Assembly: GCF_036321535.1 (NCBI RefSeq)
Contig: NC_087436.1
Coordinates: forward strand, 27,716,001-27,780,000
Source: Camelus dromedarius
Lineage: Eukaryota
Direction of reading: 5' to 3'
Length of the DNA: 64,000 nucleotides
Part shown: piece after piece, positions 1-12,600 of the stretch
Layout of the letters: each line of letters opens with the position of its first letter
Position numbering within the stretch: the first letter of the stretch is position 1
Translations under genes and position numbers: made by a program
The notes under the pieces: model-generated
Database searches by the model: none
What the model saw: the letters and a program-made list of their open reading frames with translations, nothing else
What the model was told of the DNA's origin: nothing

Positions 1-546
1 AAATGTGTCTGAAATCATGTCCACAATGGCCACCTAGTTCTACCTTAGATGTCTGAACCACAGCTACTCCATTTTGACTTTCGAATGTGTGAACGAAAAC
101 TACTGCAAGCCATATCATTAAAAGAATGCTGAAGCCATCAAGTCATCAGCCACTGCCACCACCACCACAGTGAAGATAAGCCTGCAGCTCGGCCTCTGCA
201 GCCTGAGGGGGCCTAAAATAAGAAAGGACAAGATGCTGGCCCTAGATAGCTAGATGCTTGTCAAAGGAATGATTTCAATAAGCCCAAATGTTTGCTCCCT
301 CCCATACATAGAATAGCGCTACATTCTTTAACTGGAGATGTCTTGCTTTCTTCAGTTAACAAATAATCTTTTAATATTCTGATTACCTGATCTTTGTTGT
401 AAAATTCCTATATATCCTAGCTCCTGCCCCCTCTCTTGGAGCAGTCCCTCAGAGTGATCTGAGAGGCTATCATCCTGGCTCAAGTCCTCCCGCCAAATAA
501 AACATAACTCTTCAACTTTTAGGCTGTTCGTTTATTTCAGTCAACA
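1..546 (+). mobile_element. ERV1-type LTR, 5' end outside the window
   Basis: TATA-like cctatatat at ~407-415 and AATAAA at 496-501. The U5 end reads 'aataaaacataactc...ttttaggctg...tttcagtcaaca', terminating in CA as in laurasiatherian ERV1 LTRs. Confidence 0.75.
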
Positions 547-3500
547 AATGCATTCTCCTCAGGGCCAAAGCAGATGTACAATGCATGTCTAAAAGGCCAG
601 AAAATAGGCCACTTTGTGGTCAGTAAAGTTCAAGGCAAGACATGCATAAGCCAGAATGACTACTCCATACATCATATGTGCAGATTTTTCCATCATTTTT
701 CCTTTTGATCACAAATCTTTCAATAGAAAGCACTGATTTTCAAAACATCTGTCCCTAGATGCTGGGCTGGTAGCTCCTGCCCAGGTTCAGATCATGTCGC
801 TAGGCGCTTTATATTTGCCTTTATATGTATATTTATATGTATATGTTGAGGAAAAAGTAATCAGATATTATGGGGAAACACTTCATAGGTCATAGGTCAT
901 ACATTTTATCACTTATACCCAATTGTTACACAAGCTTGTGCATGTGCTTTTAGCAATAGATTTAAAGCAGGCATTGTTATACAACATGAGTAGTTATATT
1001 CTGTGACAATTCCCTTAGAGAATTCTCTTTCTACCCTGAACAATGGGAGAAGTGTTAAGAGGGAGACAAACATTTGATAAATAGTTCAACTAAAAAACAT
1101 AGATTAAATGCCAGTAATAGTTCACACAAAACCAAAAAAAATTACAACTGTATTCATCAGTTCACTCAATCCTGTACAATTAATTCTTTTTACTAAAAGT
1201 TTTATGAAATCAGAGTTTTCATTAGATTTTTTAAATATTTTACCCAACTCAGCATTATCACTTAAAAAAAAAAAAAGCACTGTACTTGTCAGAAAGTTCC
1301 TTCTATGAATCTTTTTGGAGATGAAGCAGTTTTGAAAAGTATCAACTTAACTGTCTATGAATGACAAAAGACTTTAAAAGACAAGGTCAAAGATCTGATT
1401 ACAACGTTTTTGACAAAAAAGCTTAATCAAGTTGCTGTGACATACAACATTCTAAGATAACTAGAGTAACTATAGTTATGACTGATAGCATTATACCAAC
1501 TCGTATCTAAATTTCAGAAACTTTATATAATGTCTAGAACATCTATATTAATAACATGTATCCTACTGTAGAATCTGAATAGGCTTACCACGCATTTAAC
1601 AAAGCTTCCCATGTAATTTAACATACTAACCAATCCTAGTTTAATAGTTTTCTCTGGGATGCCTCAGGGGCCCTCTGAAGCATCCTTAACTTAGCTGAAG
1701 TCAAAAGGACTTTAATCAGAATTTGATAGAAAGCTTGTCAAAAATATCAGTTTCACACAAACTGTTATCAGAAGCATTGTAAGTAAACTTATTCTCTTAA
1801 CAGAGAGAAACAAAATGTAGTCCTGCACCAGCCTACTGTTAATAGCAAAATCCACTTACCTAATTAAGTTTGATCAAATGCACAGAACTCCTTTTTTAGG
1901 GCTCTCTTTCTGCATACTTTCCACAACTTTCTGTATCTGTCATTTGTCCCTTATTTTTTCCCCATCTAGAAACAACCAGTTCTAGGACCAAATCACTTTC
2001 TTTCCCTTAACAAAATGTGATTCCATGCTGCATACCTTTTTACTCAAAACATATGTGTTACTTTCCTACTGTACACTGAAATATTTCCCCTATTATTTTC
2101 AGTAGCTTTAATTGTGTATTTAAATTAGAATCCTCAACTCTTAAAAATCTTAATTTCCAGTGAATGTTTGCATATCTAATTTTATGTGGGAATCACTTAT
2201 TCAACTATTCAATAAATTTCTGTCTTTAATTTAGCACAGCTAATATGTCAAGGTACTAAATATCTTGGAGAGATTATTTTATAGACATTTCTAAAACATA
2301 ACTATTTCTAAAGAGTTCACTCAAAAGCTCTTATCTTATTTGCATTTAATTCACCTATAAGAATTTCATCATACAAGTTATGATTATTTATTATTTCTGC
2401 TGACAAACTCTCCAACAGAAACATGAACTTATTGACCTTCAGTAAACCTAGGTACAATAAAGACATGTCTGTACTGATTATACCAACAAGCTTAAGCTAG
2501 CTTTAATATCAGCTATCACTTCAATATTAAATATTTTCTAGATCATATGCACCTAAAATTTGTTCTGTCTAGCTTCTCTTATACTCAGAAGTATTTAACT
2601 TATAAGCACTTACTTTTAAGTCAGTTAAATAGAGCTCATTCACAAGTTAATGTTTTCATAAAGACAGACAGAACCAGAGTTCTCAGTTTTTCTACTGGGG
2701 TTTTAAAAATCTCTCTTTTTTTCTTTTTTTTTCCTTGAGAACACAGGTAGATCATCTACATCTCAATGAGACAGGAAGAGAAATGCAAATTATTCCTCTA
2801 ACTGCTTTTACAAAACTCAACCATCTTGGCTATTTTCAGGGATTTTTTTTTTTAAGTTCCCAGATATCCACTTCAGTTTAAAGAAAAAACAGTAATAAAC
2901 AATATACATATGTGTGTGTGTGTATATATATAATTTGCTTATATTTATATGCCTCACTTTTAGCAAAACCAGGAAGAGACAGCAGGATTTGGACTCAGGT
3001 ATTGAGACTCACACACACACACATACCTGTGATAAAAGCCAAACTGTAAAAGGCCCACTGGATTTAATTGCAGAGCCATTAGGTGCCATTGTTCTCCAGA
3101 TATCTTGCTGAGCCCACACAGTGTTACAACTTTAAAAAAAAAAAAACACATTTTCTTTCATTTATGGGAGCATAGCTGAAGATCTCTCAGTTTTGCAAAA
3201 TATACCCTAGGGCTACTCTAAGATGGAACAGAGCTCTCATCCATACTTAATTATTCAAAGCCAGTGTAATCAAACATCAAGCAAACCACAATTCAAAATG
3301 GTCTCTCAAGGTCACAGTTCCCTAGTCCCAAAAAGGAAAACTCCAGTGCCCCATCAATCCTAAAGGGAAGAACCCCAAATGATGCCCCATCAGAGACAAA
3401 GCTGAGTGAAGGACCAAGGCTGGAAAGGGAAAAGCCCATCCAATGCTCCACCATAGGTATAGCCAACTTAGTAGGGAAGGATTCCCTGCTGTCCACACAC

Positions 3501-3984
3501 GTGAGCCCTGTTACTCACCAAAGACGTCTCAACCAGCCAGTGTGTACACACACACACACACCCCAAAACAGTCCCACAAACAAGAGATCAGACAAGGTAT
3601 AGCCCAACAATTCCACTTCCACTCTAAACAGATACGCCCAGCTCTCGTAAAAGAATGGACACAGAGTATCTCCCAGCGAGCCCAGAGCATCTCACTTGCC
3701 AGCAGGGAAAGAGCCCACATGGAGCGGAGTGAATGCCCAGCCTGTGCAACTTGGAGCGACTTACCTTCAAGAGACACAGACTATAGACTGCAGCTCCACA
3801 GCTCTGGAAGTTTCTGCCTCCAAACAGCTTCATGCCTTGGGGCGGCCAGCACCCATCAGGGGGAGTCCCTTCCAGTTCCTGGAGCAAAATGAGCTCTGGC
3901 AGCTGCTGGGGACCAGGGAAGGGGCTGCCCTGGTAAGGGTTGACCTGTCACGGGCATAAAGTCTAAGGCTGAATTCTCCCAGAT
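547..3984 (-). mobile_element. ERV1 (MER4-group-like) internal region: leader, gag remnant and AT-rich non-coding body
   Basis: Directly abuts the U5 end of the minus-strand LTR at 3985-4460. GC-richer leader at ~3250-3980, gag matrix remnant at 3065-3244, and no recognisable pol. Confidence 0.7.
3065..3244 (-). pseudogene. Degenerate class I (gamma-like) retroviral gag matrix N-terminus
   Basis: Manual translation across frameshifts gives M-D-E-S-S-V-P...LGYILQN*EIFSYAPINERKCVF...CNTVWAQ...SGEQWH.NGS. This matches the ERV1 gag pattern PLGCIL.NW..F...P..KKK.IFFCNT.WPQY...GE.WP.NGS. It contains stops and frameshifts. Confidence 0.75.
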
Positions 3985-4460
3985 TGCTACCAAAGGCAGA
4001 TTGCTACCAAAGGTAAGTTTGTGTGCCTCACCCCACACACGATAAGGCCAAACAAACTGAAATATTGGAATTTGGAGCAGAGAAAGCTTTATCGCTGGGC
4101 CAAGCTAGGACAATGGGTGGCTTATGCCCATAAACCCCTGAACTCTCTGAAGGGTTTCAGCTGAGCATTTTTAAAGGCCAGCTGAGGGAGGGGCATTTCA
4201 GAGTCTGTGATCAGCTGTGCACAATTCTCCAATTGGTTGATGGTGATCAATCCTTAAGTGCCAGAATGTATGGGAGTTACCTGCTCATGCTCATCAAGTA
4301 GTTAATTTCTTCAATTTGGTGGTGGTTTTTAGCATCTGAAACACTCAGGAAATTTGCATGATACTATTATCTGGGTACTTCAGAGCTGACTGAGCTACAG
4401 CTGAGGATATGCTAGAGGGATCTGTCCTGGGAAGGCCCCCTAGGGTCCTGCTTGGTTACA
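3985..4460 (-). mobile_element. ERV1 5' LTR (MER4/MER41-group-like)
   Basis: The reverse complement begins TGTAACCAAGCAGGACCCTAGGGGGCCTTCCCAGGACAG and ends ...GGTAGCA, giving TG...CA termini with a short terminal inverted repeat. A poly(A)-signal-like tttat lies at ~4088 on the plus strand. Confidence 0.8.
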
Positions 4461-4479
4461 ATACTACTTCCCTGGAACA

Positions 4480-5100
4480 ACTCAGCAACTCCTTGCTCTG
4501 TTGGGCATAAATGCCATCGTTCTACAAATAACTCATATATCTATACATGTTCTCAGACTATTTCTCCATTTTTTTCCTCTCTTATGGCCACTCTGGCCAC
4601 TATTCATTTTCTCCATTCAAGCCTCTCTTGATGTTCTATGAAAACACTAGGCATTTGTGCAGATACCTAAAAGTTTTGCTTAGAAAATTCCCAGATATCA
4701 GCATGGTCAAAAGTCTTCTCAGTGAGGCCCTCCCTGGCCATCCTCTTTGCAGCGGACACCTCTAACAGGGACACTGCCTTTCTCTTTGCCCTGTCAGATG
4801 TTTCTCCACAGCACTTACCCTCGCTGACCAAGAATATTAAATGAATTCATTTACATACAGCACAGAGTACCTGTCTTGCATCAGGAGCTGAGTATTGGCT
4901 GCTATCATCATCATCAATACTATTATTCAAATATACTGCACTTAAAAATTTCATGTCACGCTAAATTCCAATGTAAATCTGATAAAGGCAAGGGTTTTAT
5001 CTGTTTTGCTCACTTCTGTTTATTACCAAGTGCTTAGGAGCTGGTTCAGTGTATGGTGCATAGTACGGGCTTGACTGATGTTTGTGGAACTATAACTAAA
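4480..5100 (+). mobile_element. L2 3' fragment(s) with an embedded MIR tail (~4835-4930)
   Basis: L2 3'-end motif 'aatgtaaatctgataaaggcaagggttttatctgttttgctcac...gcatagta...atgtttgtggaa'. MIR-like tail 'taaatgaattcatttacatacagcacagagtacctg...gctatcatcatcat'. Confidence 0.55.
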
Positions 5101-7009
5101 TATTTAAACTGCTTCAGGCATGTGATTATTAGTCATTATCTCTCTATCTAATTTATTATTATTTAAATAAGAGAGTCTTATTAAAAATTATTTGAAAATA
5201 GCTATTTCCTATTCCAAGTTTTATAAAATGGATGTTTCTATATCTCTTAAAAATTACATATATTTTAAGTATTTAGGTATTGCAGTGAATAGAAATTGCA
5301 ATCTGCTGCCCCAAGCTTGAAGAGTCAAGTGTTTTATTTCTAATTTTAAAAAAATAACTATGAGATAACTGTTTTTGGAAATGATTTTATCATATTTTAA
5401 ACAGTGGCTGTTGCAGAGTAGACTCAGAAAATTAATTATTTCAGTCCATTTCTCTGTCTTTCTAAGTCCTATATAATAAATAGCTGGTTTGGAAAGCACT
5501 TCACTTTATTTTCATAGACTTGTTTAAAATATTTATGCTTGAATCATACATTCATTATAGCACTAATTATATAGTAATATAGTTAATGATTTAATCATCT
5601 GTCTTTTCAATTAGAGTTCAAACTGCCTCAGTCTACAGCATAATGGCTGGAACATAGACGATGTGATCTTTTGTTGAATCAATCACATCTACTCACATCG
5701 ATCAATCAGTCAGGGTCTTTCCTATGTCATCGACTCAGAAAACTTTTTTACAGTTTCCTGCTTTTCATTTGTGTTCTGAACACTTACTCTCTTATATGAG
5801 TGATTTTTCATTAAGAAGAGTTCACTTATCTAGAAAATCACTCCGTATAGGTATAGGTATACTAAATATCCAATTTAAGTATCAAAACTGGAGCATCCAC
5901 AATGCCATGTCTGTGTGTAAAATATAAACTAGTATACATCCACATTAATATTCATGTATATGATATAGTTACTGTATTAGTAAAAAAAAAAAAGGGCTCA
6001 ATTTGAACTCTGTATGAAACATAGACAACTGAATTTATAGTTCTCATGAAAAACCTTATATGAACATTTGAATTTAAGATTTGAAATTTAAGATTTCTCA
6101 GTGTTTTGAAACCTGAGGAAGTTTCCCACTAAATCACAAGTGGATGCAGTAATTTGAACAACTATTCTACCTCTTCCTTTTTTCACATCCCTATTCTACA
6201 CACTTGCACATGTGTAGACATTCCAGCACATTCCAGGAAGCATGTGAGGCATGACTAGGTGCCTTCACATCACGACAACAGTTTGAGAACCACGGGGACT
6301 TGGAGGTGGCCTCTGGTCATGGCCATGGACTTTTCCTCCAGGCCTCAGCTGCTCAGCCTGTGAGGTGGATGTTGGACCCCAGAGATACCAAGTCTCCAAC
6401 AGAGCATCTGATTGACATGAAGATATTTGTGTCTGTCAGCTTCCCACTCAGCAACCCACAGAATTCCCTCGAATGCAGGATTTTGGTAAAAATTTCAGGA
6501 TTTTTCTATAGGCATATAAGATTTTCTGGCTGAATTTTTTTTCCTTGAGACAAAAAAAAAAAATCATAATGTTCTTTTGAGTATTGAGGTTAAATTTTAA
6601 AATATCACTTCATGGTAAGAAGTAATCTCTCATTTCACTGCAAAACCTATATCCAAATATGCCTCCTCCTTCAAAATTGATGGCTTAAGACCCACCAAAG
6701 CAGACCATAATTTCATTTGGCTTACAACTAGAATTTTTGAATGAACAGAAGTTTTATTGTGACATGCATTCATGACTTTTTCCTAATTAGATATTTAGAG
6801 AATAGTCCTGTTAGAAAAAGACCTACTTAAATACATTTATCTTCTAGTGAAAGCAAGTGGAATGTAGAATTTCAAAGAGATTCTTGCATCCAAGAGAACT
6901 CATCTAAGAGAAAGTATTCTCTGGTTCCACTCTCAAATAAACATCTTATTATAGCTGTTAAAAAGGAAAAAAAGAAAAGCAGCCCTCTTTAGCTGCTGGA
7001 TTGCTTTTC

Positions 7010-7482
7010 TTCATTGCAGCACTGTTCACAATAGTCAAAGTGTGGAAAAAACCTAAGTATCCACCAACAGAAGAAGGTGTAAAGAAAAGGTGAAATATAC
7101 ATACAATGGGATATTCTTCAGTTTTTAAAAAGAAGGATATTCTGCAATGTGTCAACATGGATGAATCTTGAAATTAAGTGAAATAACCCAATCATAGAAA
7201 AATAAATACTGCCTGATTCCACCTACATCAGGTATTTAAAATAATCAAATTAGTCAAACTCATAGAATCAGAGAGTGGAGAGGTGTGTGGTGCCAAGGGC
7301 TGGGGGTAGGGGGCAGTGGGGCTTACTAGTCAACAGGCAGGAAGCTTCAGTTATGCAAGATGAGTAAATTGTAGAGAGCTGCTGGACAACACTGTGTCTA
7401 TAGTTACCAATACTATATTGTATGTTCAGAATTTGTCAAGAGGATAGATCTCATGTTAAGTGTTCTTATTACAATACAAAAA
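7010..7482 (+). mobile_element. L1 3' end (L1MA10/L1MB-like), 5' truncated
   Basis: Starts with the ORF2 C-terminal 'ttcattgcagcactgttcacaatagtcaaa'. The 3' UTR ends 'gatagatctcatgttaagtgttcttattacaatacaaaaa'. Confidence 0.85.
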
Positions 7483-8576
7483 CACTTAGAGAAAAAGAAA
7501 AGAAGAGCTTCTTCTAGAACTTGACCACATTTGATTACGAGTTACAAGGAAAGGGCCAGGTCAAGACGCTACTGCATCTCTCCCCTTAAATCTTAAATCT
7601 TATTTCAGCGGTAAAATCATTTTCTCAAATTTATAGGCATCTGGATATTTACTCACCCAAAAAACTAGAATATCAGAGGTGTCCAGGGTTTGCATATTTA
7701 AAATCGCACGAGCACTAGTGTGCTGGAAAAGTGGTACCGAATAACCAAGTGCCAATTCTGCCTCTGCCTTTGGAGTCTTCGCAAAATGTCCTCAATGCAA
7801 ACCCATGGACAACAGGAAGAAACAAACAGAATACCTTCTGCTCTCAACTGGTTTCTTGGAATGTCTCAGCGAGATAAAATAAAAAACCCACTTATCTTCC
7901 TCTGAACTCTCCTCCTTGAGTTGTTTAACATGCATCTCTAGGTCACCTCATGCCTAAGTAAGAAACATTCCATGTCCCTAAAAATATGAAGCCTAGGACA
8001 CATCAAACTATGACACTGTTGTAGATATAAAGATTACTACTAATGCTGTTAAAGTTTAAAAATAACTCTTTAAATCTTTGTGATAAGTTAATTTCATTTA
8101 TATTTACATAGACAAATAATTTCAAAACTGCTGGAATTCTAAAAATATCTTAGACTTGTTTTTCAAAGAAAGTTTAACTTTTTATGCAGTCATATTTGCA
8201 CATAGTTAGAGCACAAACATCTCAGTTACCAGAATCTGCTAGTTTTTAAACACCTACACATGGATTTTGGTTGCCTGGGATGGTGTTGGGACTCTTTCCA
8301 GCCTGTATTTGTTAATTAATATTCTACTTATAGATTTAAAGCCACTGGAAACTAAACAAAAATTATTATATGAAGCAACAAACAAATGTCAAATAAAGTT
8401 AATAAAGCAAAATTCCACAAAAATAGTAAAAAAAAAAAAAACCCACAAAGAATCAATTTAGATGAAAAGAAGTCAGAAATTTTGTTACAAAAGTCAGAAA
8501 TGTTATTATAAAAGGAAAACATTGAAGTGATAATAGAGGTCTATTTATCTCAACCACTTTGCATAAAAACATATTT

Positions 8577-8758
8577 CTTTTTTTGTTTATTTTTAAAATT
8601 TCTTATTGAAGTGTAGTTGATTTACAATGTTAGTTTCAGGGGTACAGCAAAGTGATTCAGTTATACATATATATGTATTTTTTTTCTTTTCAGATTCTTT
8701 TTCATTATATTACTACAAGAAATTGAATATTGTTTCCTGTGCTTCTATATAGCGGGTC
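8577..8758 (-). mobile_element. Short L1 3' tail (cetartiodactyl type)
   Basis: T-rich tail followed by 'attgaagtgtagttgatttacaatgttagtttcaggggtacagcaaagtgattcagttatacat'. Confidence 0.8.
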
Positions 8759-8769
8759 TCCACATAGTA

Positions 8770-9761
8770 GTGTGTGATGGAATGGGTAATTATTTTAAGC
8801 TGCCCCTGTTTACTTGGCCATGAGACAGCCATGAGCCACTTGAATGCAACAGGACCCTCAGAACCAATACTCTTGCTGTGTGAAGGGGTCCAAAGGGGCT
8901 GCAAGTGGACAAGATCTCATCAGCTAATGATGGGGTAGTGAGTGCTAGTACATTCCATTTCAGGTACTGCCATGAACTGATTTGTGTGCCCCCATAAACT
9001 CACATGTTGAAACTCTAACCCCCAAAGTGACTATACTTGGAGGTGGGGCCTTTGAGAGGTCACTAGTGTTAGATGAAGTCATGAGGGTAAGGTTCTTATG
9101 ATGGGATTAGAGAGTTTATAAGAAAGGAAGAGTGAGAAATTGATCTTTCTGCCAGATGAGGACACAGTAAGAAGGTGGCTGCCTGCAAGCTAGGAAAAGG
9201 GCCCTCACCTCAAGCGAATTGACTAGACTCAATATTGCACTGCCAGCCTCAAGAACTGTGAGAAATATATGTCTATTGTTTAAGCCACCCAACTGGTAGT
9301 GTTTTGTTATAGTAGCCTGAGCAGATCTATTTTGAGGGAAGTGTTGGCTCCAAAAGACATGAATGGTTTTGACCTGGCTTGAATAGGACCTCTTAATGCA
9401 CTTCCAGTTCCCAAAAGCTGTAGCCAGAGGTATTCCCATCAGAGTGTCTAAGACTAGTTTCCCAGTGCTGAGAGGGGAAAGCCCCATTCCAGTCCAACAT
9501 TTACATGGGGTCAAGAGATCACTGGAAACCCTGAGCTATACCCATGCGGGTCCTTTGGAACCATGAAGTATATAACCCAGCTCCTACTGTATGTGCTTCT
9601 CTACTTCTTTGCGGCACATCTGCCCATAATGCCTGCCCATATTACCTGGACCTTTCTGTGTCCTATAGCTAGTTACTCTCACTGTTACCTGCATCTGCAG
9701 TCTGACGGCTTTCTTTCTTTTTTTGCCCCTGGAGTCTTATAAAGTCACTGTGACTCTCACA
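8770..9761 (+). mobile_element. Possible older ERVL-type LTR, interrupted by the MLT1A insertion
   Basis: GC-richer sequence on both sides of the MLT1A. It begins tgtg.. and ends 'ataaagtcactgtgactctcaca'. Family not recognised. Confidence 0.3.
8968..9330 (+). mobile_element. MaLR LTR, MLT1A-like
   Basis: Diagnostic segments 'catgttgaaactctaacccccaa', 'ggaggtggggcctttgagagg', 'gaggacacagtaagaaggtggctgcctgcaagc' and 'ccagcctcaagaactgtgagaaata...tttaagccaccc...ttgttatagtagcctgagc'. Confidence 0.85.
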
Positions 9762-10526
9762 TGTTAAGACCTTTAATACAAAGAAAAAGGCCTTTAATAC
9801 AAAGAATATGAAAAAGTTCTAGTTTAGAGTGCGTAATCTTTTAGGAGACATAGTCGGTGTTAGAAATAAGAGCACAATTAAAAAAAAAACTACATACCAC
9901 TATATTATATCTTTCTATAGTGCTTAACCATCTGAGATGAATAAATTACTCCTAAGAAGTAGAAAATAGATAGTTTTACTTATGTAAGAAAGTAAAGTAA
10001 GCAGACCCAACATTTGAATTTACCTGTTGAATCTGAATAGTATAAATTACCCAGGTTATTTTTCTTTTAAAGTATGAGTCTTGAAATCCTTTTTATGCTA
10101 TAATTCAAACTGAAGTCAAAGTTTCATCATGCCAGATGAGAAACTATTTCATAAAATGTCACTCACTAATCTCATACCAACCTCCTATTGCTATTTTCTA
10201 AGATTCTTTATTTAGGTTCCACAACTTGCAATGATTTCATCAGGGGAGGTGAAAAGCAAAGATGGCCACATTTAGTGAGGTCCTACTTGCAAATGCTGTT
10301 CTCTGCAGATAACATATTACCATATTCTCTGTCTATAATACAAAGTATTAGCTCATATAGGAATGTGATTTTAAATAAATCTGATTATAACTTCACAAAC
10401 TAATGAATTGCTTAGAACAGTCCCCACTCTTTTAAATCAAATCAGAGGATAGCATTTAAATTATCAGACATAACATAAATGAATACACTGGTGCATGGAA
10501 ATAATAAAAACAAACCTATTCTTATG

Positions 10527-10614
10527 TTTTCTTTCTTTCTTTCCCTTCCTCCCTTCCTTGCTTCCTTTCTTCCTTCCTTTCTCCCTCCCTTTCTTTCTTT
10601 CTTCCTTTCTTTTT
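10527..10614. repeat. Pyrimidine-rich (TTTC/CCTT)n simple repeat
   Basis: Seen directly in the sequence. Confidence 0.9.
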
Positions 10615-11166
10615 AAATTTTCTGGAGTAATTTAAAGCACCTACCATTGAATCTTTAGTCTTCACATTTATGAGAACCATCTCTTAATGTTGGCTGCTAA
10701 GTAAAGAAATAATCTTTGTCAGTATTTCAGGACCCTACAATGATCTAGAAATTACAACAGAATTTAAAATTGGATTTTGCAACACATATAATGGGATCTA
10801 TAACAAATCAAGCACACTTTACAAAACCTATTGATGCAATCAAATGACGTAAATTGACACAATTCTCTTTTCCCTTTCTTTTTTGCTAATGTCAGGCAAG
10901 AGGCATGTCTCAATATATTCATATGACCTGTGTTTCCAGTAGTGAAAAAAAGTTTCATTTTAGTAAGTCCCTCCTGCTTCTCTCCCTTATGCCCTAAATT
11001 CCATTGTAAAGATTTTATTTATTTATTCATTCATTCATTCATTCATTTATTGTTTTCCCATTTTGTCTTTAAGTTCTAGTTTCACTGCATCAAAATCAAT
11101 GTTATCTGTACTGCTTTCTTTTGGAGATTTATTGAGAATTTCTCCGTGGTCAGTTTTTGTGGGATC

Positions 11167-11378
11167 TTTTTTCAGCTGTATTCAAATATAATTAACATAT
11201 AACATTTTGTAAGTTTAAGCTATACAGCATAATGATTTGCTATATATATATATATATTCCAAATGCTTACCACAGTAAGGTCAGTTAACACATCTATCAC
11301 CTCACATACTCACAATTTGTATGGTGTGCGTGTGCGTGTGTGTGTGAGAGAGAGAGAGAGAACTGTTAAAAATCTACT
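11167..11378 (-). mobile_element. L1MA-type 3' UTR tail with internal (TA)n, (TG)n and (GA)n
   Basis: 'ttaccacagtaaggtcagttaacacatctatcacctcacata...gagaactgttaaaaatctact' is the reverse complement of an L1MA8/9-like 3' end. Confidence 0.75.
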
Positions 11379-11439
11379 GATGGTGACGTTTATTTCAATG
11401 CATATATATTTTTAAAACATGTTAGAAACCATTGAGTTT

Positions 11440-12600
11440 CTCAAAAAAAAAGAGGTATAAGACAGGAAAAGAGGAAAAAAAGAAGTAATGAAAGTAAATT
11501 AAAAGTAGTGAAAATAGCAAGGTGATAAACTTACCATCTAAAACTGATTGTGTAAATGGGCTAATGCAGAGGTTTTTAGATGGGATTTTAAAAAAATACT
11601 CATCTCTATGTTCTCTATAAGAGATGTATTTTAAATGTAAAAATAGACCTAGGTTAAAAGTAAATAGAAATATTTGTACCATACAAACAGGAAGCATAAG
11701 AACATTAATATCAGATGAAGCAGATTTTATATGAGGAGTACTGCAGGAGATAAAGAGAGAATTTCCTAATGATTAGACAATTTGTCAGGAGGTAAAAAGA
11801 GTCTCAATACATATATGTATATATACATATATATACCCAATTATAGCTTTATATTACACACAGCAAAGACTAGTGAAACTGAAAGAAGAAACACAAATTG
11901 TCATAAGTGAAGGTTTTAACATCCCTCTCTCAGAAATTTGTGAATTTGAACAATACAAACCACCTTGACCTGATATTTATTGCATATTACATCCAAGAGC
12001 TGCAGACTGCACAGTCTTTGTCACGTGCACCTGAAACATTAACCAAGCAGATCATATGCTTGAAGATAAACACAAACACCAATGCATTTAAAGAAATGAA
12101 ACAACACCAAGATATCTGTAATCTCCCCCAATATTCAGAAATTAAAAAAAAAACAAACTACTAAATGACCCATGAAAAAATAAAAGACCCAAAACCCAAG
12201 GAAGGAAATCATAAAGAAAATCAGAAACGATAAAAAAAGTCTCAAAATGTGTGAAATACAGTAAAGGAGTGCTTAGATGAAGGTGTACAGCGTTAAATTA
12301 CGACATTAAAGGGAACATATTTAAACTCAATTATGTAGGTTTTCACCTTAAGAAGCTGAAAAAGGAAAAAAAAAAAAATCTAAGCATAAAGTGCCATAAG
12401 GAAGGAAACAATAATTATATAGTACACTACTAATAATAATTATAATAATATAATAATGATAATAGTAGAATCTGTGAAATAAAACCCCACAAACAAGAAG
12501 TAAAATATGAAACCAAAGGTGTTTCTTCGACGAGGTCAATAAAATGGATTAACTTCTACATACATTAAATTAAGAAAATAAGAGATAAAATGAATACAAA
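11440..12600 (+). mobile_element. Old L1 ORF2 endonuclease-region remnant
   Basis: A-rich strand bias, with motifs 'tgtaaatgggcta', 'ctatgttctctataagaga...aggttaaaagtaaa', 'ttaatatcagatgaagcagatttt' and 'gaaaccaaaggtgtttctt...gtcaataaaatggat'. Confidence 0.7.

Noticed and set aside
3443..3959. Cluster of the longest overlapping ORFs (up to 149 aa)
   Set aside because: They lie in the GC-richer ERV leader, cross a (CA)n tract and show no recognisable protein similarity.
3960..3982. Primer-binding site of the ERV
   Set aside because: The minus-strand tgggagaattcagcc is too degenerate to assign a tRNA.
6300..6533. 77-aa ORF in a GC-richer patch as a possible exon or retrocopy
   Set aside because: No recognisable domain, no convincing paired splice sites, and no poly(A) or TSD.
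9116..9514. 132-aa minus-strand ORF
   Set aside because: Antisense read-through of the MLT1A LTR.
9770..9806. Direct repeat cctttaatacaaagaa x2 (21-bp period); similar short duplications near 8470 and 6067
   Set aside because: Ordinary local slippage duplications with only two units and no spacer array. Not CRISPR-like.
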